Origin: Minisyncoccota bacterium
GTDB lineage: Bacteria > Patescibacteriota > JACMRA01
Reading direction: 5' to 3'
Length of the DNA stretch: 64,000 bases
Assembly: GCA_014376695.1 (NCBI GenBank)
Contig: JACMRA010000002.1
Span: forward strand, 7,323-71,322
In this document: positions 28,371 through 37,535 of the stretch, piece by piece
Numbering within the stretch: position 1 is the stretch's first letter
Layout of the letters: each line of letters begins with the position of its first letter
Notes under the pieces: model-generated
Database searches by the model: none
The model's input: only the letters and a program-made list of their open reading frames with translations
What the model was told of the DNA's origin: nothing
Position numbers and translations under genes: made by a program

Positions 28371-29474
28371 ATGACATTGCCACTTCAATCAGAACTTAAT
28401 AACTGGAAATTATTTGCAAATCAGCGGGTTAATCTCAATTTTCTACCCGTGCAAAATTCCCAAGGTCTTATTCTCTTAGGGCCTAATGGCAGTGGCAAAA
28501 CTTCGATACTTGAAGCTTATTACAGTTTACTAACATCGAAACCGTGGCCAGGTACAAAATTTAACCAAAGTATTTCTTTTGAGGCTAATTATTTTGGGCT
28601 GCGGAGTTCTGATAATCAGTGGTTTCTCAATGGGCAGATCAATCCCCGTGGACGCGTAGTAACCAAGTGGGAATCCCCCGAAAATCAAATTCAAAAGCCT
28701 GCTGTTTTTTGGTATCAACCGAATTTTAATTATTGGCTCGGATCAAGCCGCGCCGACAAGCTCAAAATTTTGGATATGTTAATTGTTATGTCTGGTGATA
28801 GTGATTATAATCGGGCACTGGCCAAGCTTAATCAAAGTATCAAAGGCAAGCAAAATCTTATTAAGCAGTGTGAAATTAATCCAGAGGTTGACGATATTAT
28901 CTTAAATCAGCTGAATAACTCAATCTACGAGGCTTCCAAAAGTATTTGGTCAGGGCGTAAAAAATTTTTTGATAAAATTACTTGCCAAATTGGCGATTAT
29001 GGTTCGATGATTGAAACGGATCTGAGTAGTTTTGCGGTAAGATGCCAATATAGCAACATTTCTGGTTATCGAAGTCTGATAGAGATTGGATTACCTAGTC
29101 TTCCAACGGCAACGCAATGGGCAAGTATCTGGAACAAAGAATTGATTATGGGTCAAGTGCTATTTGGCGCCCATCGCGATGATTTTGATTTTGAGATTCG
29201 GCGACGAAGCATTAACACCACTTTATCAAGAGGTGAGAAAAGACTTTTTACCTTTTTTGTGATTGAGCTTGCTATTAAATCTCATCGAACAATTAATCCC
29301 GAAAAGTCAATCATTTTTTTGGCGGACGATATATTTAATGAGCTTGACACAAAACGCAATCTCTTGCTATTTGATACGATTGTAAATTGCGTTGACTTTT
29401 TTTTGATAACTTCAGCTCAAGATATAGCGGGTCTTGAGCCGTGGTCAACTTCTATTGACACGATTTTGGTTTAA
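28371..29474 (+). CDS. recF: RecF-like SMC-family ATPase (DNA replication/repair protein RecF, divergent)
   Basis: 367 aa. Walker A LLGPNGSGKTSILEAYYSL (RecF GxNGxGKTNxLEA), signature-like LSRGEKRLFTF and Walker B IIFLADDIFNELD, at RecF-like spacing. Confidence 0.6.
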   Translation: MTLPLQSELNNWKLFANQRVNLNFLPVQNSQGLILLGPNGSGKTSILEAYYSLLTSKPWPGTKFNQSISFEANYFGLRSSDNQWFLNGQINPRGRVVTKWESPENQIQKPAVFWYQPNFNYWLGSSRADKLKILDMLIVMSGDSDYNRALAKLNQSIKGKQNLIKQCEINPEVDDIILNQLNNSIYEASKSIWSGRKKFFDKITCQIGDYGSMIETDLSSFAVRCQYSNISGYRSLIEIGLPSLPTATQWASIWNKELIMGQVLFGAHRDDFDFEIRRRSINTTLSRGEKRLFTFFVIELAIKSHRTINPEKSIIFLADDIFNELDTKRNLLLFDTIVNCVDFFLITSAQDIAGLEPWSTSIDTILV

Positions 29475-29480
29475 GTCTAT

Positions 29481-30500
29481 TTAGAGTGATTCCAGCCAAT
29501 TCTGGGCGTCAATCGAAGCCCGACAGCCGTCGCCTGCAGCGGTAATTGCCTGTCTATAAGTCTTGTCTTGAATATCTCCTGCCAAGAATATCCCCTCAAT
29601 ATCTGACATTGTGTTAAATTTTGCCCAAGCGATATCCAATTGAGGATTCAAGGACAACTTGCCTGGCAAAAGATTTTGGCGATTGATAAGGTATCCAGCT
29701 TCATCAGTAGTGAGTTGCCCCGCGACTAGTTGAGAGTTGGGGATGTGGCCGATTGCCACGAATAATCCATCCACGGTTAGTTGGCTAAGAGATTGGTCGA
29801 TTTGGCTTTGGAGTTTAACCCCTGCAAACTTATTCGAGTCATTAATCACAAATTCTGTAACAGTATAGAATGGCATAAATTCAATTTTGGGATTGTTTTT
29901 AACTCGCTCTAACATGATTTTGGAGGCTTTATATTGGTCGGTGCGGTGAATTAGGTAGACTTTTGAGGCGAACTTGGTCAAAAAATTAGCCTCTTCCATA
30001 GCGCTGTCCCCACCGCCAACTACAGCCAAAATCTTGTCTTTATAAAAAAATCCATCACAAGTAGCGCAGGTATGATATCCTTTGCCGACCCATTTCATTT
30101 CGCCGTCAAGTCCTAGGTATCGACTGGTTGCACCCGTGGCAATTATCACCGCGTCGTATTCTTGAGTTGTATCACCTTGCAGGCTAAAAACCCGTTTGGT
30201 TCTGTTACTAGCCATTGTATCGCTCCAAGTAATTGTTTCAATGGCTTCATAAATCACCTTGGCACCAAAATGCTCGGCCTGGGCCTGAATATTATTCATT
30301 AGATCTGGACCCATTCGACCTTCTTTGTCCGTGGGGTCCCATGCTCCTGGAAAATTTTCAATTTCGGTTGTGGTTGTAAGTTGCCCACCAGGGGTGAAAC
30401 CTGTATAAATGGTTGTATCAATATCAGCTCGAGAACTATATAGCCCAGCAGTTAGCCCAGCAGGTCCGGCTCCAATTATAGCAATTCGGTGATTGGTCAT
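29481..30500 (-). CDS. trxB: Thioredoxin-disulfide reductase
   Basis: Start taken at MTNHRIAIIGAGPAGLTAGLY (FAD GxGxxG). Redox-active CATCDG and NADPH site VVGGGDSAMEEA are present. The longer ORF up to 30632 overlaps the prfA start and was trimmed. Confidence 0.85.
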   Translation of the reverse strand: MTNHRIAIIGAGPAGLTAGLYSSRADIDTTIYTGFTPGGQLTTTTEIENFPGAWDPTDKEGRMGPDLMNNIQAQAEHFGAKVIYEAIETITWSDTMASNRTKRVFSLQGDTTQEYDAVIIATGATSRYLGLDGEMKWVGKGYHTCATCDGFFYKDKILAVVGGGDSAMEEANFLTKFASKVYLIHRTDQYKASKIMLERVKNNPKIEFMPFYTVTEFVINDSNKFAGVKLQSQIDQSLSQLTVDGLFVAIGHIPNSQLVAGQLTTDEAGYLINRQNLLPGKLSLNPQLDIAWAKFNTMSDIEGIFLAGDIQDKTYRQAITAAGDGCRASIDAQNWLESL

Positions 30501-30603
30501 ATAATTTAAAGTAAGGTAGTAGGGTTTTTTTGTCAATTGGCTGGATTGGTCGTTTGACAGTAAGTCAGGCTTAAAATAGTATCTTAATATACACCAATTT
30601 ACT

Positions 30604-31665
30604 ATGTCCCAATTCCCAGTTAATAATATCATAGATCAATATCAAGAGGTCAATAATAAGCTTTTGACTACGAACGACCCAAAGACGCTGGCAACACTTG
30701 GTAAACAGTTAAAAAATCTGCAAGTCAAAAACGATCTAGCTCTCGAGATTCTGAAATTAGAGGGCGAAATTAGCGGCAACAAAGAGTTATTAAAAGACGA
30801 AAATGATACCGATTTAGTAGAGATGCTTCAAGATGATATTGACAATTCGACCCTCAGAATCAAAAGCTTAGAAGAGGATTTGCTGACATATTTGGCACCT
30901 AGCGATCCTCGAGATAGTGAAAATATTTTGCTTGAGATACGGGCTGGAGCTGGCGGAGACGAAAGCTCGCTTTTTGCGGGGGAGATACTTCGAAGCTATA
31001 ATATGATGGCTGGCGAATTAGGGTTTAATTTTCGGATTGTAGATTGTAATGTTGGGACAGTCGGCGGCTACAAAGAGGCGATTATTGAGGTTCGAGGCGA
31101 CGGGGCTTACAGCTGGTACAAGTACGAGGGCGGCGTTCATCGCGTGCAGAGAGTTCCGGCCACCGAAAAGCAGGGACGAGTGCACACTTCCACTATCAGT
31201 GTTGCCATAATGCCGCTGCTCGAAGACAACAGTGAGTTCAAGCTTGATTTGAGTGAGGTAGATATTATTGCTTCTACTTCCCAAGGCGCTGGCGGTCAAT
31301 CGGTCAATACGACATATTCGGCTATTCAAGCTACTCACAGACCAACTGGAATAAAAGCCCAGTGTCAAGACGAGCGAAATCAGCAACAAAACAAGGTCAA
31401 GGCACTTCAGATTTTGACTTCGCGGGTATTCGATCACTATGAACAAGAGCGTCTGGCCAAAGAGATTCAGGAACGGCGTGATCAGGTTGGTTCGGCTGAC
31501 CGTAGCGAAAAAATTCGTACTTATAATTTTCCTCAAGATCGAGTTACCGACCACCGCTATAATAACAATTGGAATCAGCTACCGCAAATTATGAATGGCG
31601 GAATTTACAAAGTAATCCAAGAAATCAAAAAATTGGAAGCGAAGAGGGTGATTGGGAATTTGTAG
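30604..31665 (+). CDS. prfA: Peptide chain release factor 1
   Basis: RF1-specific PAT tripeptide context (RVPATEKQGRVHTST) and GGQ motif (GAGGQSVNTTYSAIQATHRPTGI). Confidence 0.9.
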   Translation: MSQFPVNNIIDQYQEVNNKLLTTNDPKTLATLGKQLKNLQVKNDLALEILKLEGEISGNKELLKDENDTDLVEMLQDDIDNSTLRIKSLEEDLLTYLAPSDPRDSENILLEIRAGAGGDESSLFAGEILRSYNMMAGELGFNFRIVDCNVGTVGGYKEAIIEVRGDGAYSWYKYEGGVHRVQRVPATEKQGRVHTSTISVAIMPLLEDNSEFKLDLSEVDIIASTSQGAGGQSVNTTYSAIQATHRPTGIKAQCQDERNQQQNKVKALQILTSRVFDHYEQERLAKEIQERRDQVGSADRSEKIRTYNFPQDRVTDHRYNNNWNQLPQIMNGGIYKVIQEIKKLEAKRVIGNL

Positions 31666-31704
31666 TTTTTGAGCAGGGGGGTAGTTGATAAGTCCCACTT
31701 TTAC

Positions 31705-31733
31705 TTGACATAGCTATGATATGGTTGTAAATT
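31705..31733 (+). promoter_or_regulatory. Sigma70-type promoter upstream of the SDR gene
   Basis: TTGACA (31705-31710), a 17-nt spacer, then TAAATT (31728-31733). The start codon is at 31766. Confidence 0.35.
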
Positions 31734-31765
31734 GTATTATCGGGTCAAAATGAAATAATCTAAAT

Positions 31766-32581
31766 ATGAAAAAGACATCTTACTACACAATAATTACTGG
31801 GGCTAGCAGTGGAATTGGACTAGCTTTAGCTAATGAATTTGCCAAAAATGGGCACAATCTTATTTTGGTAGCTAGGCGAGAAGAATTGTTAAAGGAGATA
31901 TCAGCTCAAATTAGTCTCAAAAATAAAGTAAGCGTTGAATACATAGTGGCCGATTTGACTAAGCCTTCAGATATGGTTAATCTCCAATCCGAATTACAAA
32001 AAAAAGACTACAAAATAAATATTTTGGTTAATAATGCAGGTTTTGGATTAGTTGGTGAGTTCTCTGAATTGGAGTTAAAGGTCCAACAAGATATGATAGA
32101 TCTAAATATCAAAGCCTTGGTGGATCTTAGTTATTATTTCGCTAGGCAATTCAAAAATCAAGGTTTTGGGTGGATAATGAATGTTTCAAGCGTGGTTGGG
32201 TTTTTGCCTGGGCCTTATATGGCCGTATATTACGCTTCGAAGAATTTTGTGACTAGTTTTAGTTTGGCCCTTGCCCAAGAATTGAAACAATATAATATTG
32301 TAGTTACGAGCCTCTGCCCTGGTTATACCGATACAAAATTTCAGGAAACTTCAGGTATGGATAAGCTTTCGAAGTTCGGTAAAAGTAATTTTGTTGCTAC
32401 CACTGAGCAAGTTGCCCAGAGTGGTTACCAAGGATTAATCGAGCGGTCGGAGCTTATTACAATTCCAGGATTCGGTAACAAGCTTATGCTGTGGTTAATT
32501 AAATTTGTTCCGGTGCGGATTAAGCTTGCTCTAGTGGACTATCTCCAAAATTCCAAAACAGCAACCCCCAACTCTCACTAA
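31766..32581 (+). CDS. Short-chain dehydrogenase/reductase (SDR)
   Basis: TGASSGIGLALA cofactor motif, NNAG, and catalytic S...YYASK. Confidence 0.8.
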   Translation: MKKTSYYTIITGASSGIGLALANEFAKNGHNLILVARREELLKEISAQISLKNKVSVEYIVADLTKPSDMVNLQSELQKKDYKINILVNNAGFGLVGEFSELELKVQQDMIDLNIKALVDLSYYFARQFKNQGFGWIMNVSSVVGFLPGPYMAVYYASKNFVTSFSLALAQELKQYNIVVTSLCPGYTDTKFQETSGMDKLSKFGKSNFVATTEQVAQSGYQGLIERSELITIPGFGNKLMLWLIKFVPVRIKLALVDYLQNSKTATPNSH

Positions 32582-32584
32582 TCG

Positions 32585-33100
32585 ATGACTACCAACCATT
32601 ATAGCCTTTGGCTGAATCAATTTGGTAAGACTATATACTTTGAGGTGTTAGTTGCCACAACCCTGATTGCCTTTCTTGGGTTGCAAATTGTTAATACTTA
32701 CAGTATCTGGAATCACGTAAAGTACTATGATAGTTACGTCAAACAACTCGACAACGCCAAACAAAAAACAAAATCGTTAATGTCTAAGGTTGATTATTTA
32801 AATAGTCCAGAATACAAAGACGAGGACATAAAAAACCAAGGTTATAAGTATCCCAGTGAGCAAGTTTGGGAATTAAATCAAAAAGAAGTCTCAAGGGTAT
32901 CAAAAAATCAATTAGATATGATTAAGTATCCTGTGCAAAGTAACTTTGGTAATTTTGATAGGTGGCTGATTTGTCTGAACTTGACTGATAGAAACTCGTT
33001 TTGGATTGAACTAGAAGCCAAAAAATTAAATCTTACAATAGATAATAATCAGAACAAACCACTTTTAAATGAGAGTAATTTATGCAAAAAAAGTAAATGA
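32585..33100 (+). CDS. Membrane-anchored coiled-coil protein, possibly FtsB/DivIC-like septation protein
   Basis: One TM (IYFEVLVATTLIAFLGLQIV), then a coiled coil and YLNSPEYKDEDIKNQGYKYPSEQVW, which resembles the DivIC/FtsB C-terminal block. One of only two CDS here ending in TGA (ATGA overlap with the next gene). Confidence 0.35.
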   Translation: MTTNHYSLWLNQFGKTIYFEVLVATTLIAFLGLQIVNTYSIWNHVKYYDSYVKQLDNAKQKTKSLMSKVDYLNSPEYKDEDIKNQGYKYPSEQVWELNQKEVSRVSKNQLDMIKYPVQSNFGNFDRWLICLNLTDRNSFWIELEAKKLNLTIDNNQNKPLLNESNLCKKSK

Positions 33101-33546
33101 CATCTTCTAGTAATTTTTTGAAAAACCTGGCAAAATCGAATCAGCCGTATTCAAAGTTTGGCAACCAAAGCGTTGTTAAAAAAGGGGTAAAGTTCGATTC
33201 TAAGCTCGAAAGTAGTTTTGACGATTTTATATTAGCCCATCCACAACTCAAATTAATTGAGCGCCAAGTAAAGATCAAATTATTAGATGCTCAGGATCAC
33301 CCGCTGACAGGCGAGAAGATACGAGCGATTTATTATATTGCAGATTTTTTGATTAAGTTTGATGATAGTTTTTTGCTAGTTGATTCAAAGGGCTTCGAAA
33401 CGGCAGATTTTGTTATCAAACACAAGTTAATGATCGAGAAATATCGCCTCGGGGAGTGTCCTATGCTAATCGTAGCCAAAACAACCAAAGAATTAGTAAG
33501 GCAATTAGAATTGACTCCAAAATTAAAAGCCAGCTCGGAAGTTTAG
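33097..33546 (+). CDS. DUF1064-like protein (phage-associated, restriction-endonuclease-like fold)
   Basis: SKFGNQSVVKKGVKFDSKLES...IYYIADFLIKF...LLVDSKGFETADFVIKHKLMIEKY follows the DUF1064 pattern (KYxNKKV..G..FDSK.E; Y.ADF; D.KG..T..f.lK.K). Confidence 0.5.
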   Translation: MTSSSNFLKNLAKSNQPYSKFGNQSVVKKGVKFDSKLESSFDDFILAHPQLKLIERQVKIKLLDAQDHPLTGEKIRAIYYIADFLIKFDDSFLLVDSKGFETADFVIKHKLMIEKYRLGECPMLIVAKTTKELVRQLELTPKLKASSEV

Positions 33547-33555
33547 CTCGGGGAT

Positions 33556-35583
33556 TTAGTTGATGATATGTTCAACTAGGGCGTTAAACTCCTCGTATTC
33601 TAGGACTTCTTTTTCTATTAGTTCGGTGGCAATAAGTTTGAGTTCGGCAGTATATTTGTTGATGATTTGCTTAGTTCTGACGTAGCTTGCATCTAGAATT
33701 TTGCGAATTTCCATATCGATTAATTTGGCGGAATCCTCGCTGTATTGCGGCTTGTTCATCATATCTCTACCCAAAAAGCTCATTCCACCTTGACCCTGAT
33801 CAAACGAAATTGGTCCAAGACTTGACATGCCATACTTGGTAACCATGTCACGAGCCATTTCAGTGGCTTTTTGCAGGTCATTACTTCCTCCGGTTGAGAC
33901 ATCTCCAAAAATTATTTCCTCAGTTACATACCCGCCGAATAAGGCGCATATTTCGGCTAAAAACTCTTTTCGACTCTTTGTCATGGCGTCGTTATCATTT
34001 TCGGCGCTGAAAGTGTACCCACCAGCTCGACCACGCGGGATAATTGTTATCTTTTGGACTTTACGAGCTTCGGGCAGAACTGTTTGAACCAAAGCGTGCC
34101 CAGCTTCGTGATAGGCGGTAAGCTTTTTTTGGCTGTCGGTGATTAGTTTGGACTTAAGACTTGAGCCAAGAAGACTTTTTTCGATAGCTTCTCTCAAGTG
34201 GAGGTTACTAATCTTGGTGGATTTTTCTCGCACCGCCATAATCGCCGCTTCGTTGAGTAAGTTCTGGAGGTCGGCTCCGCTAAAGCCCGCTGTTCGTTTG
34301 GCGATAATTGTCATATCAACATCACTCTCAAAAGGTTTGTTGCTAGAGTGTAGCTTAAGAATTGCTTCCCGTTCACGCTTGTCTGGGGCAGTTACCGTGA
34401 CTTGTCGGTCAAACCTTCCAGGTCGCAAAAGAGCAGGGTCGAGTACATCTGGTCGATTGGTGGCTCCAACTACAATAATGTAATCTAGTGGTTCAAAACC
34501 ATCCATTTCGACTAAGATTTGGTTCAAGGTCTGTTCCCGCTCGTCGTTTCCGCCGCCAAGTCCAGCGCCACGTTGTCGCCCAACGGCATCAATTTCGTCT
34601 ATAAAAATTAAGCATTTGCCTTTTTGTTTGGCTTGCTCGAATAGATTTCGCACGCGGCTAGCTCCGACACCAACAAACATCTCAACGAATTCCGATCCGG
34701 AAACATACATAAATGGGACTTGAGCTTCGCCCGCAATGGCCCTGGCCATAAGAGTTTTACCGTTACCGGGGGATCCGTTTAATAGAACACCTCGTGGAAT
34801 TTTTGCCCCCATTTTGGTGTAGTCTTCAGGTCGCTTGAGAAAGTCAACTATTTCGGCTAGCTCTTGTTTGGCCTCTTCGTTACCAGCGACATCAGCAAAA
34901 GTCACTTTTTTGGCACTGGCTTTATCGTAAAATTTACTCTTGGAGTCGCCGAAGGCAATTGATTTACCGTTGACTTCGCTTAGTTTTTTGAGGAGTATCG
35001 CCCCAATTAAAAGCGTTCCACCAAGTAAAATAAAGGTTTGAAAGGTTGGGCTGTTAAGAATTTTTTCCCAAATTGGGATTGGTTTAATATCAAAAATAAC
35101 TTCGCCCTCCTTGTTACCAATTTTGACTCCAGAGTCTTTGATATCATCTTTGAGAACCACATAAGCTGGGGTATTACTTCCTTGGGTGATTGCCAAATAG
35201 TTTTCTTTGGTTACACTTTCGCGATTTTTTTCGTTGTTCTTGTAGATTTCGGCTATCAAAACATCGCCAGTTTCAGTGGCTTGGATTTTGCTGACTTTAC
35301 CCTGTTTGACTATGCTGATTAGCTCTGAGTAAGGCTTTTTGTCGGTGACAGTGTCGCGGTCACTAAAAATTACCGCAAAGGCAACCGCACTCAAAACTAT
35401 CAAAGCCAAAATAACAAAGATCCCGCTTCTTGCACTTTGTTGGGGTTTTTTGCCTGATGATCTGTTTGAGCGATTCGAATTTTTTATGTCTACTGTTTTT
35501 TTTAGTTCAGTTTTTTTATTGGAATTCGGTTGATTATTACTAGAATCTGATTGCTCAGGAGTATTGGAAGCCAAAAAATGCAT
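33556..35583 (-). CDS. ftsH: ATP-dependent zinc metalloprotease FtsH
   Basis: Two TMs, AAA+ Walker [19 protein letters not shown], Walker [13 protein letters not shown] ([20 protein letters not shown]) and the zinc site HEAGHAL. Confidence 0.95.
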   Translation of the reverse strand: MHFLASNTPEQSDSSNNQPNSNKKTELKKTVDIKNSNRSNRSSGKKPQQSARSGIFVILALIVLSAVAFAVIFSDRDTVTDKKPYSELISIVKQGKVSKIQATETGDVLIAEIYKNNEKNRESVTKENYLAITQGSNTPAYVVLKDDIKDSGVKIGNKEGEVIFDIKPIPIWEKILNSPTFQTFILLGGTLLIGAILLKKLSEVNGKSIAFGDSKSKFYDKASAKKVTFADVAGNEEAKQELAEIVDFLKRPEDYTKMGAKIPRGVLLNGSPGNGKTLMARAIAGEAQVPFMYVSGSEFVEMFVGVGASRVRNLFEQAKQKGKCLIFIDEIDAVGRQRGAGLGGGNDEREQTLNQILVEMDGFEPLDYIIVVGATNRPDVLDPALLRPGRFDRQVTVTAPDKREREAILKLHSSNKPFESDVDMTIIAKRTAGFSGADLQNLLNEAAIMAVREKSTKISNLHLREAIEKSLLGSSLKSKLITDSQKKLTAYHEAGHALVQTVLPEARKVQKITIIPRGRAGGYTFSAENDNDAMTKSRKEFLAEICALFGGYVTEEIIFGDVSTGGSNDLQKATEMARDMVTKYGMSSLGPISFDQGQGGMSFLGRDMMNKPQYSEDSAKLIDMEIRKILDASYVRTKQIINKYTAELKLIATELIEKEVLEYEEFNALVEHIIN

Positions 35584-35838
35584 ATAATAGATAGCCGGTT
35601 TAATTATTTATTAGTGTTGGCGCTACTTAGGCCCGATAAGGCAAAGTTTCCTCTACTTAATTGATATAGACAAGGTAAATAGTTTATAATTCTTTGTCAA
35701 ATATATACCAAATATCCAAATAAAATTAGACAGTCGAAATACGTGCGCCGAAACGATTAGACAAAAATTAATTTTTTATTCTTGATTATAATAAATAACC
35801 AGTCTAACATTGTGTTAGAAACCTAAATAGAGAAAATT

Positions 35839-36519
35839 ATGCCTTTTGTGATTCAGTCAGGTTCAAAACAATATACAGTAACCCCAGGACAAAAATTTGT
35901 AGTAGATAGACTAAAGAATGACTTAGGAGAAGTTGTCGAACTTCCATTAGTCTACAGCTACGGAACAACAAAGGGAGCCACTTCCGTCCAAGCCAAAGTC
36001 GTACTCCACCAAAAAGGAAAGAAAATTCGAGTAGTTAAATACAAGAACAAAAATAACTATCATAAGCAATCAGGATATCGACACTATGAAACTATCTTAG
36101 AAATTCTCGGCGATAAAGAAGCGGTAGTCGCTCCAGCCAAAGTCAAAGCTGAGAAAATTGAGAAAGTTGCAAAAGATTCTGTTGAGGTAGTCGAGCCAGT
36201 TAAAGCTGTAAAAACAGCAGCAAAGACTGTAACTAAAGAAACCGTAAAGAAGTCCCCAGATAATTCCGATGATCTAAAGAAAATCGAGGGAATTGGAGCA
36301 AAAATTGAAGAAATCATAAAAGCTGCTGGGATAAATACCTATTCAGAACTAGCCGCAGCCAGTGAGGAAACTCTCAAAGAGATTCTTAGCGGCGCAGGTC
36401 CACGGTATTCTATTCATAATCCTTCATCTTGGCCTAATCAAGCATCTTTGGCTCGCGACGAGAAGTGGGACGAATTAGCAGCCCTTCAAAAAGAGCTTAA
36501 CGGCGGTAAAGTTGAATAA
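35839..36519 (+). CDS. rplU: 50S ribosomal protein L21 with about 130-aa C-terminal extension containing a helix-hairpin-helix-like domain
   Basis: The first ~95 aa are L21 (MPFVIQSGSKQYTVTPGQKF...KIRVVKYKNKNNYHKQSGYRHYETILEI). A Lys/Ala/Val-rich linker follows. The tail reads DDLKKIEGIGAKIEEIIKAAGINTYSELAAASEETLKEILSGAGPRYSIHNPSSWPNQASLA. Confidence 0.85.
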   Translation: MPFVIQSGSKQYTVTPGQKFVVDRLKNDLGEVVELPLVYSYGTTKGATSVQAKVVLHQKGKKIRVVKYKNKNNYHKQSGYRHYETILEILGDKEAVVAPAKVKAEKIEKVAKDSVEVVEPVKAVKTAAKTVTKETVKKSPDNSDDLKKIEGIGAKIEEIIKAAGINTYSELAAASEETLKEILSGAGPRYSIHNPSSWPNQASLARDEKWDELAALQKELNGGKVE

Positions 36520-36582
36520 TCTTGACGAAAGTTTGTAAATCATAGTTAGTAGTAGCGTTAAGCCATTAAACTCAAGAAAACT

Positions 36583-37110
36583 ATGTTCTCAAATAACAAC
36601 AAAAATCAGAAAAAAAATATTTTAATCACTGTAATTGCAGGAATTGTACTTATAACTATAATTGGAGTATCAATATATTCACAAAATCCGGCCAACAAAC
36701 CACCGAAACCAAGCAATAATATGACTTTAACAAAACTAACACTGCCAAGCGGCCTAATCGTAGAAGATCAAGAAGTAGGTACTGGAGAGGCCATAGTCAC
36801 TGGACAAGCGGCTACTTTTAATTATAATGGAACATTAGAAAACGGGACGGTCTTTGATTCGACTAACAAACCTGGGCGAACTCCGTTCACAGCTACAGTT
36901 GGTGTCGGGCAACTTATCAAAGGTTGGGATATCGGTATTGCTGGATCTACCCAAGAAAATATACCCCCAATGAAAGTCGGAGGTAAACGCAAGTTGACTA
37001 TTCCATATCAATTAGCTTACGGTGAAACTGGAACTCAGGGCATCCCGCCAAAATCCACACTTAAATTTGATATTGAATTACTTGCTTTGAAGCCAATGTC
37101 GCCAAAATAG
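36583..37110 (+). CDS. FKBP-type peptidyl-prolyl isomerase, membrane anchored
   Basis: TM at the N-terminus, then NYNGTLENGTVFDSTNKPGRTPFTATVGVGQLIKGWDIG...MKVGGKRKLTIPYQLAYG...LKFDIELL. Confidence 0.85.
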   Translation: MFSNNNKNQKKNILITVIAGIVLITIIGVSIYSQNPANKPPKPSNNMTLTKLTLPSGLIVEDQEVGTGEAIVTGQAATFNYNGTLENGTVFDSTNKPGRTPFTATVGVGQLIKGWDIGIAGSTQENIPPMKVGGKRKLTIPYQLAYGETGTQGIPPKSTLKFDIELLALKPMSPK

Positions 37111-37147
37111 TTTCTGGGATTGATTTCTAGGTAAGTTTATATCTATT

Positions 37148-37173
37148 AAAAGTCCATCCTGTGGATTTTTTTT
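37148..37173. terminator. Bidirectional hairpin terminator between convergent genes
   Basis: 9-bp stem aaaagtcca/tggattttt (one G-U pair) with loop tcctg. It has an A-run on the 5' side and a T-run on the 3' side, so it is usable on both strands. Confidence 0.4.
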
Positions 37174-37327
37174 ATTTATCTAGATTGGATTTTATCTTCT
37201 TCCATTGCTCAACAAACTTTGGAACGTTTTTCTTTTTCTTTTTTTTGTTGATTTCTCTGAAGGTTGCAAAAGAACTAAAGCTAAACAATCCAACTAGCAC
37301 GGAAAGGATAATTATAAGTAAAGGCAT
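37172..37327 (-). CDS. Unlisted 51-aa ORF: small membrane protein with polybasic tail (hypothetical)
   Basis: Hand-translated as MPLLIIILSVLVGLFSFSSFATFREINKKKKKKNVPKFVEQWKKIKSNLDK. It is below the ORF-track length cut-off. The overlapping plus-strand ORF 37161..37349 looks spurious. Confidence 0.3.
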   Translation of the reverse strand: MPLLIIILSVLVGLFSFSSFATFREINKKKKKKNVPKFVEQWKKIKSNLDK

Positions 37328-37535
37328 AAATTTGTGGGTGTTATATTAATATAAACTATATTTAATAATTAATGTCAAAATAAGTCAAAAGTTACAAAGG
37401 ATTTGCCAAAAATTAAATTCTTTGATACAGAAATATAACAATTACGAAGTATTAATCCAATATTATTTAGATTGTTGGCTATTGCTTAATTATTTATTAT
37501 TGAAACAAGATCTATTATTGGAAACCCTATCAGCT

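Noticed and set aside
30501-30632. N-terminal 44-aa extension of trxB (ORF 29481..30632).
   Set aside because: The extension overlaps the prfA start and precedes the canonical FAD-binding N-terminus MTNHRIAIIGAGPAG. The internal ATG at 30500 gives a normal-length TrxB.
37161-37349. 62-aa plus-strand ORF after the FKBP gene.
   Set aside because: It is translated from a poly-T/poly-A tract (FFFFFLLI) downstream of a terminator. The minus-strand 51-aa ORF is more protein-like, though itself of low confidence.
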